Virus record (IMG/VR): IMGVR_UViG_3300010430_000014
Coordinates: 25,162-89,161 of that record
Strand: one strand, 5' to 3'
Length of the DNA stretch: 64,000 nt
Source of the DNA: a virus
In this document: positions 19,468-28,868 of the stretch, piece after piece
Position numbering within the stretch: the first letter of the stretch is position 1
Layout: each line of letters starts with the position of its first letter
Translations under genes and position numbers: made by a program
The notes under the pieces: generated by a model
The model's input: only the letters and a program-made list of their open reading frames with translations
Database searches by the model: none
What the model was told of the DNA's origin: nothing

Positions 19468-19485
19468 ATACCACAGAGTAACACT

Positions 19486-20061
19486 ATGATAGAACAATTA
19501 TACGAAAACATTACAAATTTAGAAACCGAATTGGTGATAGCTGAACGGTTTCTGAATTCCAATAGGATCACCATTGCAAAGGAAAAATCTTTAATAGAAA
19601 CCTTTGAGATGGCAAAAGCATATATTATTCGTGTCGGAGAACACACACAAAAGGAGGTAAAGAAGTTCATTGAAGACACTGTAACTTTTGCTATACAAAC
19701 TGTTCATGGAGATGAATATAGTTTTATAGCAGATTTTAATTATGACAAAAGAGATCAACTTGAAATTAAATGGTTCATTAGTAAATATGGTAATCTTCTT
19801 GAACCACGTAAAGATACAATTTCTGGTAGTTTAACTGACGTTAGTGCTTTCTCACTCAGATTTGTCATTCATGCATTAGAAGAACCTGAACCTGCACCTA
19901 TCTTTATTATGGATGAACCATTTAAAAATTGTTCAAAGAAGTATATCCCTTTGGTGTCACAAATGGTAAAAGAAATTTCTAAATTATTAAACCTTCAGAT
20001 TGTTATGTGTAGTCACACTGATGAGTTAATTGAAATGGCAGACAATATTATTTATATGTAG
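19486..20061 (+). CDS. SbcC/Rad50-like ATPase, C-terminal half
   Basis: Signature-like ISGS, Walker B/D-loop IMDEPF, H-loop CSH. Confidence 0.85.
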   Translation: MIEQLYENITNLETELVIAERFLNSNRITIAKEKSLIETFEMAKAYIIRVGEHTQKEVKKFIEDTVTFAIQTVHGDEYSFIADFNYDKRDQLEIKWFISKYGNLLEPRKDTISGSLTDVSAFSLRFVIHALEEPEPAPIFIMDEPFKNCSKKYIPLVSQMVKEISKLLNLQIVMCSHTDELIEMADNIIYM

Positions 20062-20080
20062 ACCAGAGAGGACATTGACT

Positions 20081-20185
20081 ATGAAATGGAAACAAGTTGA
20101 GCATGAAAATCATAAAGGGTTAATAACAAACAAAGGACAGAATTATTTAAAAAAAATAAAAGACATATGTAAAAAATTATATTGA
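20081..20185 (+). CDS. Small hypothetical protein (34 aa, not in the ORF track)
   Basis: GAGAGG RBS; MKWKQVEHENHKGLITNKGQNYLKKIKDICKKLY*; fills the gap. Confidence 0.45.
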   Translation: MKWKQVEHENHKGLITNKGQNYLKKIKDICKKLY

Positions 20186-20198
20186 TGGAGATATAGCC

Positions 20199-20606
20199 AT
20201 GTACTGTGAATGCTTTCAGGCTACTATGTCCGTCAATGCTTGCATAAGAAGACAAGGATGGGCAAAGTTATACAAAAAAGAAGTGACAGACAAACCTGTT
20301 CATGACCATTCACTAATTACCTGCCAAATGTGTACCACAGGTAAAAAGGTAATTAAAAATCCCGACTGTTTTATAAATAGAGATTATCAATCCTTAAAAA
20401 ATAAACACTTACAAACTATCAGATGTAGAGGATGGTTATTCAAAGATGGTATCTCTTATGAATCTTTATTTGATTCTTTTAATTATACTATGATTAAAAA
20501 AGGAGGAAATAACAATGGTGAAAATTCAGCAATCTTTAAACTCAATCAACAAGAACGAATTAATAGATTTGTTAGAAAACACAGGCGTCTTGCAAGAAGT
20601 AAATAG
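20199..20606 (+). CDS. Cys-rich hypothetical protein
   Basis: GGAG RBS; C..(11)..C...CQMC putative metal site. Confidence 0.55.
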   Translation: MYCECFQATMSVNACIRRQGWAKLYKKEVTDKPVHDHSLITCQMCTTGKKVIKNPDCFINRDYQSLKNKHLQTIRCRGWLFKDGISYESLFDSFNYTMIKKGGNNNGENSAIFKLNQQERINRFVRKHRRLARSK

Positions 20607-21135
20607 AACTTTCTTTAACCCTTTAGGATTAAATTTAATTTTAAAACCAGATCTGACTTTAGATCTTCAAAAAGCAGACAATGATTATGGTATTGCTGTG
20701 CATACAATAGATAAATTTAAATTAGGTGCATTCAATGCTTACAGAATGAAAAGACATGAAAGAAGACAACAAAGACTTGGTTTTATTATTCAAACCCAAG
20801 ACTTTATTCGTGGTAACAAATTTGAAGAAGAAGATATTAATCTTGCTTCACCGGAATCCTTAAAATTAAATACATTATTACGTTGCATCGATAATATTGC
20901 TTATCGTGCAAAAAGAAGACTTATGGAAAACTCTCACGACAAAGACAAAGATGCACAATCAATAAATTATAGAGCATTATATCATAGTCTGGAAGTTGAT
21001 ATTGCCAATAGTAATTATGTTGATGCAATAGCAAAATCAGCTATTTTATTATTTGAATCAGAAATCGATGATAAAATTGAAAAGATAAAAAAAGATAAAG
21101 AAAAAAAGGATAAACTATTTAAAAAGGAAAAATAA
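20515..21135 (+). CDS. Hypothetical phage protein
   Basis: AGGAGG RBS; GVLQEVNRTFFNPLGL motif. Confidence 0.7.
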   Translation: MVKIQQSLNSINKNELIDLLENTGVLQEVNRTFFNPLGLNLILKPDLTLDLQKADNDYGIAVHTIDKFKLGAFNAYRMKRHERRQQRLGFIIQTQDFIRGNKFEEEDINLASPESLKLNTLLRCIDNIAYRAKRRLMENSHDKDKDAQSINYRALYHSLEVDIANSNYVDAIAKSAILLFESEIDDKIEKIKKDKEKKDKLFKKEK

Positions 21136-21300
21136 ATGGCTAAGAAAAAATTAAAAAAGGTAAGAAAAAGATCATTAACCATTAGACTTAAAAAAGAAAC
21201 AGACAATCATTTATTTATTATCATTGCCATAAGTGATAATAATTTTAAATGGCATGAATTAAAATTAAAAATTCCAAAAAGCAGATTTAAAGAAATGTAA
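21136..21300 (+). CDS. Small basic protein (54 aa, not in the ORF track)
   Basis: AAGGA RBS; ATG directly after the upstream TAA; MAKKKLKKVRKRSLTIRL... Confidence 0.55.
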   Translation: MAKKKLKKVRKRSLTIRLKKETDNHLFIIIAISDNNFKWHELKLKIPKSRFKEM

Positions 21301-21312
21301 AGGAAATAATAA

Positions 21313-21723
21313 ATGGCACGATTAAGTCTTCAAACTAAAGGAGAAGAAAACTTAGTAATTGAACGAAAGATTTCTTCTAAAGATCCAAACTACATACAAG
21401 TAAATGATCCATCTAATTTCAATCTGTTAAGAGACAACAGACATAATGATGAATCTTTTTCCAGAGTGGACAGATTCATGGTTAATCATTACTGGAGAGT
21501 TGGTATTGAAATACTATATGAAAGAATATTCTATCCATCTCAATTTGGTTTTGAAGAAATAGAAGATGATAAATATCATCCTTATAAAAATATGTGTAAT
21601 CAATTAATAAAAAAAGGTATTGGTCTTTATGGTGATCGGCCTATACCTCAAATTAGAAAACCTGTTCAACGTCTTACATTAGAATGTAGACCAAAAAGGA
21701 TGAAATTAGAATGCAAAGACTAA
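21313..21723 (+). CDS. Hypothetical protein with three R-hydrophobic-x-L motifs
   Basis: AAGGA RBS; MARLSL...QRLTL...KRMKL. Confidence 0.65.
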   Translation: MARLSLQTKGEENLVIERKISSKDPNYIQVNDPSNFNLLRDNRHNDESFSRVDRFMVNHYWRVGIEILYERIFYPSQFGFEEIEDDKYHPYKNMCNQLIKKGIGLYGDRPIPQIRKPVQRLTLECRPKRMKLECKD

Positions 21724-22601
21724 AATTAATACCAAATCTCGATGATGAAATCACTCTTATAATTGATGGTAGGTTCTTAGCATATCGAACCATGTATTCA
21801 CAACATGGTAAAATGTCTCATAAAGGAAATGATACTGGAATGATTTATGGATTTTTTAAATCCCTTCAGTCTATTGCTAATAAATTTGAAGTTACCAATA
21901 CAGTTATCATGTGGGATGTAACTCCATCAAAAGAAGGTATTCGTAGAGAAGAATATGAAGGTTACAAAGTCAGGGAATTAAAAGAAAAACCTGATCCTAA
22001 AGAAATAGCTATGAGAAAACAATTTGAATTTGATTATGAAGATCTTCTTTTTCTTACACATAAAATGGGATTCGCTGATTACGTTCTTCCACGTTATGAA
22101 GCTGATGATATCATAGCTTTATTTTGTAAATGCTTTGGTGGTAAAAAAATAATAGCTACCAGAGATGAAGACATGTATCAGTTAATCAATGAAAATACTA
22201 TGGTATATGATCCTGCTGCTAAAAAGAAAAAAGATTTAAAATGGTTCATGAAAACTTACGGTATCAACCCCGAACAATGGGTAGACTACAAAGCAATTGC
22301 CGGATGCAAATCAGATACCGTTCCAGGCATTCCAGGCATGGGCCATAAAAGAACATTAGATTATTTACAAGGTAAAAAGGATTATGAAAATAAAATAGTA
22401 GAACATGATAATTTATATCAATTATGTTATAATCTTGTTAAACTGCCTCATCCTTCATTAGATGGTCAAAGAATGCAATGGTTAAGAACTAATTTAGATG
22501 AAGAACAATTCATATCTTTTTGTCAATCATATAACTTTCAATCATTTTTAAATGAGATACATAACTTTTATATTTTTATGGAAGGAGGGAAATCTTGGTG
22601 A
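21711..22601 (+). CDS. 5'-3' exonuclease / flap endonuclease (T4 RNase H/PolI N-terminal-like)
   Basis: IIDG, MWD, R...YEGYK, YEADD, TRDEDMYQL, GCKSDTVPGIPGMG (helix-3-turn-helix). Confidence 0.92.
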   Translation: MQRLKLIPNLDDEITLIIDGRFLAYRTMYSQHGKMSHKGNDTGMIYGFFKSLQSIANKFEVTNTVIMWDVTPSKEGIRREEYEGYKVRELKEKPDPKEIAMRKQFEFDYEDLLFLTHKMGFADYVLPRYEADDIIALFCKCFGGKKIIATRDEDMYQLINENTMVYDPAAKKKKDLKWFMKTYGINPEQWVDYKAIAGCKSDTVPGIPGMGHKRTLDYLQGKKDYENKIVEHDNLYQLCYNLVKLPHPSLDGQRMQWLRTNLDEEQFISFCQSYNFQSFLNEIHNFYIFMEGGKSW

Positions 22602-23263
22602 GTCATAAACCTAAATTTGAAAAAGATTATTATGAAAGGTGCGCCAGTGAAGGTATGGACTATGCCTACTATGGTAATTGGCAAAAACAATATGTAAAGA
22701 TGGTAATATTCGTTACTCAAATTTATATGAATGATTTAAGTAATAAAGTTTTTCTTGATGTAGGTACTGCTTGTGGTGCTACCCTTCTTGCATTTAAAGA
22801 AACAAAAATATTTGAAAAATGTATAGGAATAGATACAAGTGAATTTCTGGTAGCATTAGGAAATGAAAAATTTAATTTTAAAAAAGGTGAATTAATTGTT
22901 GAAAACAGTACAACTATGGAATCGATCAAAGACAATTCAATTGATCTCTTACATTGTTCACAATTATTTGAATATTTAAGTGAAAGTGACGCAAATATTA
23001 CACTTGAACAATTTAAAAGAGTAATGAAAACTGGAAGTATAGGATTTATTAACATATCTACTATTAAAGAAAAACAAAACAAATCACAATTAACTATGCT
23101 ATCAGAAAAAGTATGGAAAGAAAAAATAAAAGAATATGGTTTTACTCTTAAAAAGGACACAATAAAATTAATGAAACAAGCAGCATTCTTCCCAGGAAAT
23201 GATAAGCGAAACTTCTATGAACATTATATTGATGATTGGAGTGTATTTACATTCACTAAATAA
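22595..23263 (+). CDS. Class I SAM-dependent methyltransferase (paralog 1)
   Basis: FLDVGTACG motif I, GIDTS, DNSIDLLHCSQLFEYL, FKRVMK.G. Confidence 0.85.
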   Translation: MVSHKPKFEKDYYERCASEGMDYAYYGNWQKQYVKMVIFVTQIYMNDLSNKVFLDVGTACGATLLAFKETKIFEKCIGIDTSEFLVALGNEKFNFKKGELIVENSTTMESIKDNSIDLLHCSQLFEYLSESDANITLEQFKRVMKTGSIGFINISTIKEKQNKSQLTMLSEKVWKEKIKEYGFTLKKDTIKLMKQAAFFPGNDKRNFYEHYIDDWSVFTFTK

Positions 23264-23285
23264 AGTAGAAAGGATATAGCCTGAA

Positions 23286-24674
23286 ATGGAACTGGACTTC
23301 AATAATCATTTCCTTAATCAAATAATATATCATTCTATTAAAGACGATACTTTTTTAAAAGCAATAAGGAATTCAATTCCTATTGAAATATATAAAACAA
23401 AAGATCGTAAATTTCTTATGCAAATGATATATGGTTATTATGATGACTTCAAAGAATCACCAAAAGAAAACTTTACAGATCTATTTAAAGAACAAGAATC
23501 TATTATCAATGAAGATCTCCAAAAAAAATGTATTAACTTATTTAATATAATTAATGAGATTACCGGATCAAATGGTGAATACATTCTTACCCGAATTAAT
23601 GATGCTGTTTATCACTTCCAATTAGAAGAAGCAAGTATTGACTTTGCATCATTAATAAAAGGACAAAAGTATAATGATGCTGTTGCTACTATTTTAAAAG
23701 CAATCAAACAACCAAAGGTGGTTGAAGATCCCTATTATAATTATTTTGAAGACAGATCATTTGTTGAAGAAAGAATAAAAGAAAAAAGATATAAAATGAT
23801 AACTCAAATTCCTATGTTAGATAATATAATAGGTGGGTTTCAATCTAAATGGTTAATCACTTGTCTTGGAGCAACAAAAACAGGAAAGACATGGATGCTC
23901 ATAGATCTTACTCTTGCTGCGGTATGGCAGGGGTTAAATGTTTTATTCATTTCCTTAGAAATGGGTAAAGAACAAATCGATGAACGTTTTGATATGGCAG
24001 TTGGCTTTATGTCATCAGAACCTAATGGTCAAGCTGAAATACTTCGCAAAATGAATGACAATTATGTTAAAACACTTGAAAAAGTTAATAGCATATATGA
24101 AGTTGAAAAAGTTATCAAAGCACGTAACACATATAAAAAATATTCATCTGGAGGAAATCTTGAAATAGTTGCATTCAATCGTGGTCGTTTAAATTATCAT
24201 GATGTAGATAGACTTCTCGATGAACTGGAAGAAAAGAAAGGATTTTATGCTGATGTGGTTGTCGTAGATTATTTAGGACAAATGAAAGAAACTGTTTCAG
24301 GTCAAACTAAAAAAGAAAGAATATCTGAAAACAGTATTGGTTTAAAAGAAATTGCAGGTACACGCAATGTAATATCAATCTCAGCAATGCAGGGTAATCG
24401 TAAAGCAATGACAGCTAAAGTATTCAAATCAAATCTGGTAGCTGATGATATTGATACTATATTTAATTCTGATTTGGTAGTTGCTATTTGTCAAACAGAA
24501 ATAGAAGAAAAAGAAAACAAAGCACGACTTTATATAGCTAATGCCCGACATGGCAAACAACATGGATCAGTAGGTATATATAGAGATCTTGCTATTGGTC
24601 AATTTTCTATTGATACCTTTGAGGTAAAAGAATTAACTCCCGATGAAGAAAAGGAAATAGGAATTGATTATTGA
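23286..24674 (+). CDS. DnaB-like replicative helicase
   Basis: Walker A GATKTGKT, ISLEM, VVDYL, AMQGNR, ANARHG. Confidence 0.9.
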   Translation: MELDFNNHFLNQIIYHSIKDDTFLKAIRNSIPIEIYKTKDRKFLMQMIYGYYDDFKESPKENFTDLFKEQESIINEDLQKKCINLFNIINEITGSNGEYILTRINDAVYHFQLEEASIDFASLIKGQKYNDAVATILKAIKQPKVVEDPYYNYFEDRSFVEERIKEKRYKMITQIPMLDNIIGGFQSKWLITCLGATKTGKTWMLIDLTLAAVWQGLNVLFISLEMGKEQIDERFDMAVGFMSSEPNGQAEILRKMNDNYVKTLEKVNSIYEVEKVIKARNTYKKYSSGGNLEIVAFNRGRLNYHDVDRLLDELEEKKGFYADVVVVDYLGQMKETVSGQTKKERISENSIGLKEIAGTRNVISISAMQGNRKAMTAKVFKSNLVADDIDTIFNSDLVVAICQTEIEEKENKARLYIANARHGKQHGSVGIYRDLAIGQFSIDTFEVKELTPDEEKEIGIDY

Positions 24675-26034
24675 AATTGAACAATATGATGCTCATAAAT
24701 GTAGATTAACTAATAGACTACAACAAAAAGTAGTCTGGAAAATACTCTCATGGTTTGATGAAGGAGTAGGTGTACAAAAGTCTATGCTCAGATGTATAGG
24801 TAAACATGGCTGTTATTTTTCAATAGGGTTATTACCATTTATATATAAGCAATTAAAAATACTTGGTCATGCTATGGAATATACCTATCTTGATTTTCCT
24901 ATTATAAAACATAAACTCATTCCTAAATTGCCAGGAATTAAATTTGAACCATATCAAAATAAGATTCTTTCTAAAATTGGTGCTAAGAAACGTGGTATCA
25001 TTGTCAGTCCAACAGGATCAGGCAAATCAATTGTTATTGGTGGTATAGTTGATAAATTAAGAGTACCAGAAACTATTATAGTTGTACCTACTAAAGATAT
25101 TTTTAATCAGTTAAGTCATGACTTTTCCAATTGGTTTCCAGATAAAAAAATAGGACAAATGGGAGATGGTAAAAAATTTATGGGAAAAATTACCATCAGT
25201 TTATTTCAAACTCTTAGAGAAATGAATCTCAAAAAAAATAAATCACAATTAGTTATTGTAGATGAGGCTCATCGTATTGCTGAATCTCACATTAAAATTT
25301 TATCTAAATTAAGATGGGCTAACTATCGATATGGTTTAACTGCTACTCCTCATATTCAAAAAAATTTTAAAAAATGGGCTAACATGATTGGATGTATTGG
25401 CCCTATTATATATGAAGCACAAGAAGAAGAAGTCACAGCAAGAGTAGTTCCAGTTCAAGTTAACATGATACACTTTCACGTTACTAAAAAACATTCACCT
25501 TATCAGAAATGCTTACGTGAAGACGTATTATTTAATAAGAAACGTAATACTAAACTTATTACAGCAGCAAAAATATTAGCATTAGACAAAGGGATGAACT
25601 GTCTATTTTTAATAGATGAAATTGAACAAGGTAAAGTAGTATTAAAAATAGCTGAACAAATGAATATCCCTACAGAGTTTGCTCATGGTAATAATAAAAA
25701 AGATCAAAATAATCAAATTAAAGAAAAACTTAATGAAGGAAAAACTAAATTTGTTATTGCTACTCAAGTATTTGGCCTTGGAACAAATATACCTAATATT
25801 GATTGTGTTGTTTTAGGCTCAGTTAAAAAAAGTTATATCGATACTATTCAAAAAATAGGTCGTGGTCGTAGACGTACATCTGTAAAGAATAAACTTATTG
25901 TTATTGATAGTATTGACAGAGTTTCCGGCAAACCTAAATTCTGTAACTATTTTTATGGATATTCTATGGAACGAATCAAACATTACAAATCTAAAAAATG
26001 GGAAATCAAAAGATTTTTAGCATCAACACTTTAA
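24664..26034 (+). CDS. Superfamily 2 helicase (UvsW-like)
   Basis: PYQ, PTGSGKS, DEAH, TAT, QKIGRGRR. Confidence 0.9.
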   Translation: MIIEIEQYDAHKCRLTNRLQQKVVWKILSWFDEGVGVQKSMLRCIGKHGCYFSIGLLPFIYKQLKILGHAMEYTYLDFPIIKHKLIPKLPGIKFEPYQNKILSKIGAKKRGIIVSPTGSGKSIVIGGIVDKLRVPETIIVVPTKDIFNQLSHDFSNWFPDKKIGQMGDGKKFMGKITISLFQTLREMNLKKNKSQLVIVDEAHRIAESHIKILSKLRWANYRYGLTATPHIQKNFKKWANMIGCIGPIIYEAQEEEVTARVVPVQVNMIHFHVTKKHSPYQKCLREDVLFNKKRNTKLITAAKILALDKGMNCLFLIDEIEQGKVVLKIAEQMNIPTEFAHGNNKKDQNNQIKEKLNEGKTKFVIATQVFGLGTNIPNIDCVVLGSVKKSYIDTIQKIGRGRRRTSVKNKLIVIDSIDRVSGKPKFCNYFYGYSMERIKHYKSKKWEIKRFLASTL

Positions 26035-26050
26035 CAAAGGGAGAATAAGT

Positions 26051-26746
26051 ATGAAAAAGAAATTGTACGATGTAAATGAATTAAAAGAGTATGGAGAAAC
26101 ATGGTTTAATTGGGCTAAAGATGAAAGAGAAGTTGATTTAACTTACTATGGCAACTGGCAAAAAGATTTTGGAAAATTAATTATTGAACTGGCAGAACTT
26201 GAAGGGTCAATTGAAACAATTCTTGATGTAGGTTGTGCTACTGCTCTTAATTTAAGAGCTATCGATGAATTAGGTGTCTTTGGTAAATTGTATGGTACAG
26301 ATATTTCAGAATACATGATCAATATGATTCCTTCCCTTCATGACTTTGGATCTTATGCTGAATTTTATACTACTCCTGCATGGGATCAACCAATGATAAG
26401 TGATAACAGTATTGATTTTATTCTTTGTACTCATGTTCTTGAACATATACCTGATGAAGATCTCTTAGACAAAACATTAAAAGAATTTAAACGTATCCTT
26501 TATAAAGATGGTAAAATTATAATTATTATGCCTATCAAAACATCACCAGATGAAGAAAAAACACATTCTATTATTAAAAATTCAATTTGGTGGAGCAAAA
26601 CATTTTCAAAACATTTTAAATCAGAAACAACTAATGCACGTAAAAAATTTAAAGCAACTAAACTAAAACCAAATCGTAAACATAAAAATACTTTCTATGA
26701 TGAATATGATGAAGTCTGGAAAATATATAGGCTTATTCAAAAATGA
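26051..26746 (+). CDS. Class I SAM-dependent methyltransferase (paralog 2)
   Basis: ILDVGCATA, GTDIS, DNSIDFILCTHVLEHI, EFKRILYKDG. Confidence 0.85.
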   Translation: MKKKLYDVNELKEYGETWFNWAKDEREVDLTYYGNWQKDFGKLIIELAELEGSIETILDVGCATALNLRAIDELGVFGKLYGTDISEYMINMIPSLHDFGSYAEFYTTPAWDQPMISDNSIDFILCTHVLEHIPDEDLLDKTLKEFKRILYKDGKIIIIMPIKTSPDEEKTHSIIKNSIWWSKTFSKHFKSETTNARKKFKATKLKPNRKHKNTFYDEYDEVWKIYRLIQK

Positions 26747-27783
26747 TAGACGATCCAAGATTAGAAAAAGCAATTGATGTATTCGACTTGCTTTCTTTTT
26801 TAGATGAATGCCAAGTGGATTATGCTCTTGAAGGTGAAAACATTGGTAGAAATTTTATTGGTGTTTCTCCCTGTCCTAATTGTGGTGATACAATGAATCA
26901 CTTTGGTATTCATCTTGAAAAGAAATTTGGAACTTGTTTTAAATGCAAATTTGGAATGAATACAATTTACATTGTTAAATACTTTGCACATCTACCTACA
27001 TTTGATGAAGCAAAAGAATTCCTTACAGATAAACTCGATGAAGGAGATTATGATCTTGTTGCCAGAGTTAAAGATATTATAAGAATAGAGAAAAAAGAAA
27101 AAACTTATACTCCTCCAAAGAAAGATCTCTTTCCTTATAATACTTATCCTATAACATATAAAACATTAAGAAGAAATAAATATATTAAAAATTTTTTTAA
27201 AGAACGTAAACTATATCTATGGCATGTCAATAGATATGATCTAAGAATGGGGGGTGTTCACAGTGATTGGCATGGATATATTTTATTTCCAATTTATTTA
27301 AGAGGTAAAATCGTATCCTGGCAAGCTCGACATGTACTTTCTAAACGGTATCATAATCCTCAAAATATGGGTGAATATATATACAATGAAGATAATATCA
27401 TAAAAAACAAACCTTTAATATTAGTTGAAGGATTCTTAGATCTCACAAGAGTTGATTCTTATTTAAAAATATATTATAATAATAGTATATCAGCTACTAC
27501 AGGATTTGTAAAAATGATTTCAAAAAAACAAATTCAAAGAATTATAAATTGTAAACCTTCTAAAATAATTGTTATGTTTGACGCTGATTCGTGGTTTGAT
27601 TATAATCGTATAAAATCTGAAGTTCCCATAGATGTTGATTTCACCATACTTCCCAAAGGTAAAGATCCGAATGATCTAAATTGGGATGAATTGAATGGAG
27701 TATTTAATGACATACTATCGGGATACGACACCGGAATACACAAATCCAGAAAAGGAAAAAATACTAAAATGGGATTACATTAA
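26743..27783 (+). CDS. DNA primase (zinc-binding + TOPRIM)
   Basis: CPNC..H..CFKC, WQAR, LVEGFLD, FDAD, GKDPND. Confidence 0.9.
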   Translation: MIDDPRLEKAIDVFDLLSFLDECQVDYALEGENIGRNFIGVSPCPNCGDTMNHFGIHLEKKFGTCFKCKFGMNTIYIVKYFAHLPTFDEAKEFLTDKLDEGDYDLVARVKDIIRIEKKEKTYTPPKKDLFPYNTYPITYKTLRRNKYIKNFFKERKLYLWHVNRYDLRMGGVHSDWHGYILFPIYLRGKIVSWQARHVLSKRYHNPQNMGEYIYNEDNIIKNKPLILVEGFLDLTRVDSYLKIYYNNSISATTGFVKMISKKQIQRIINCKPSKIIVMFDADSWFDYNRIKSEVPIDVDFTILPKGKDPNDLNWDELNGVFNDILSGYDTGIHKSRKGKNTKMGLH

Positions 27784-27934
27784 CAAACATAAACGCTGTC
27801 CAAGATGTAAAGAAAGATTATTATTAAATAATAAAAAAAGAATAAGTATGATAGCAATTGTAATTGAATGTAGGAAATGCAATGTTACAATATGGTTCGG
27901 AAAAAATATCTGGTTCGGGGCTTTTTACTTATAG
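27707..27934 (+). CDS. Small zinc-ribbon protein
   Basis: GGAG RBS; CPRC...CRKC. Confidence 0.5.
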   Translation: MTYYRDTTPEYTNPEKEKILKWDYINKHKRCPRCKERLLLNNKKRISMIAIVIECRKCNVTIWFGKNIWFGAFYL

Positions 27935-27947
27935 AGGAGGAAAGAAT

Positions 27948-28400
27948 ATGGATCTATTCAAACCTACCTATATAATAATACATCATTCATTAACAAAAGA
28001 TTCAAAGACAGTTTCATGGCAAGCAATTCGTAACTATCATGTTAACACATTAGGATGGCAAGAAATAGGGTATCACTATGGAATCGAATTGGTTAATGAT
28101 CAACATGAAATCCTGGTGGGCAGAATGGAAGGCACTCAAGGCGCACATTGCGTACAAAAAAGAATCAATCATAAGTCCATTGGCATCTGTTGTATTGGAA
28201 ATTATGATAATGATCTTCCAAATCTTGCTATTTGGAGTATGCTTCTTGATTTATGTACAAATATTTGCGTGAGATACGATATTCCGGCAGGAAATGTAAA
28301 AGGGCATAGGGAATATGCCTCTTACAAATCCTGCCCAGGAAACGCATTTAACATGGTTGATCTTAGAAATGATTTAGAAGCCTATCTATTGAATGAATAA
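27948..28400 (+). CDS. N-acetylmuramoyl-L-alanine amidase (Amidase_2, T7 lysozyme-like)
   Basis: IIIHHS, GWQEIGYHY, GR..GAHC, SIGIC..GNY, GHRE..KSCPG; GAGGAGG RBS before ATG 27948. Confidence 0.92.
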   Translation: MDLFKPTYIIIHHSLTKDSKTVSWQAIRNYHVNTLGWQEIGYHYGIELVNDQHEILVGRMEGTQGAHCVQKRINHKSIGICCIGNYDNDLPNLAIWSMLLDLCTNICVRYDIPAGNVKGHREYASYKSCPGNAFNMVDLRNDLEAYLLNE

Positions 28401-28868
28401 TAATCGTTTAGCACCAGACCATCCATGACGATACATACAATCATCATATGTATTAATCATAAATGTAGATCTAAAATAACCAATTCTTGTACTCAATATC
28501 GAAATAGCTAATTCAACCTTTTCTCCCCAAATCTTTTCAGATACCATATAAGTGATCAACTGATCATGAGTTAAATTAGGATACCTATCATTATAAAAGA
28601 CAGCTACCCTACCCAAATAATCAGCAATCCATTCCTTTTTAATTACATCAGTAATCAACATAATTCTGGCAGTATCAATAAGGCCATAGTAAACTTCATT
28701 AAGAGGAACATTATATTCCTCCTGAATTTTAAGCAATAAAGAATTAGGTTTATCTGCCTCATACAATTGACAAAGAGTAGGTGGAATAGGTGGCGCACCA
28801 AATCCACCACCATTAGCACAACCAAAAGCAAACATACACAGTACTAATCCAATAATTAATTTTTTCAT
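28386..28868 (-). CDS. Lipoprotein of unknown function
   Basis: MKKLIIGLVLCMFAFG-C signal peptide with lipobox; Gly/Pro linker. Confidence 0.7.
   Translation of the reverse strand: MKKLIIGLVLCMFAFGCANGGGFGAPPIPPTLCQLYEADKPNSLLLKIQEEYNVPLNEVYYGLIDTARIMLITDVIKKEWIADYLGRVAVFYNDRYPNLTHDQLITYMVSEKIWGEKVELAISILSTRIGYFRSTFMINTYDDCMYRHGWSGAKRLLFIQ

Noticed and set aside
3057-23160. Minus-strand and nested ORFs in the replication arm (e.g. 3057, 8475, 12802, 13078, 19296, 22723)
   Set aside because: They lie wholly within well-supported + strand genes and show no motifs.
22595-26746. DNA adenine/cytosine methyltransferases of restriction-modification type
   Set aside because: No DPPY/NPPY or PC catalytic motifs and no cognate nuclease.
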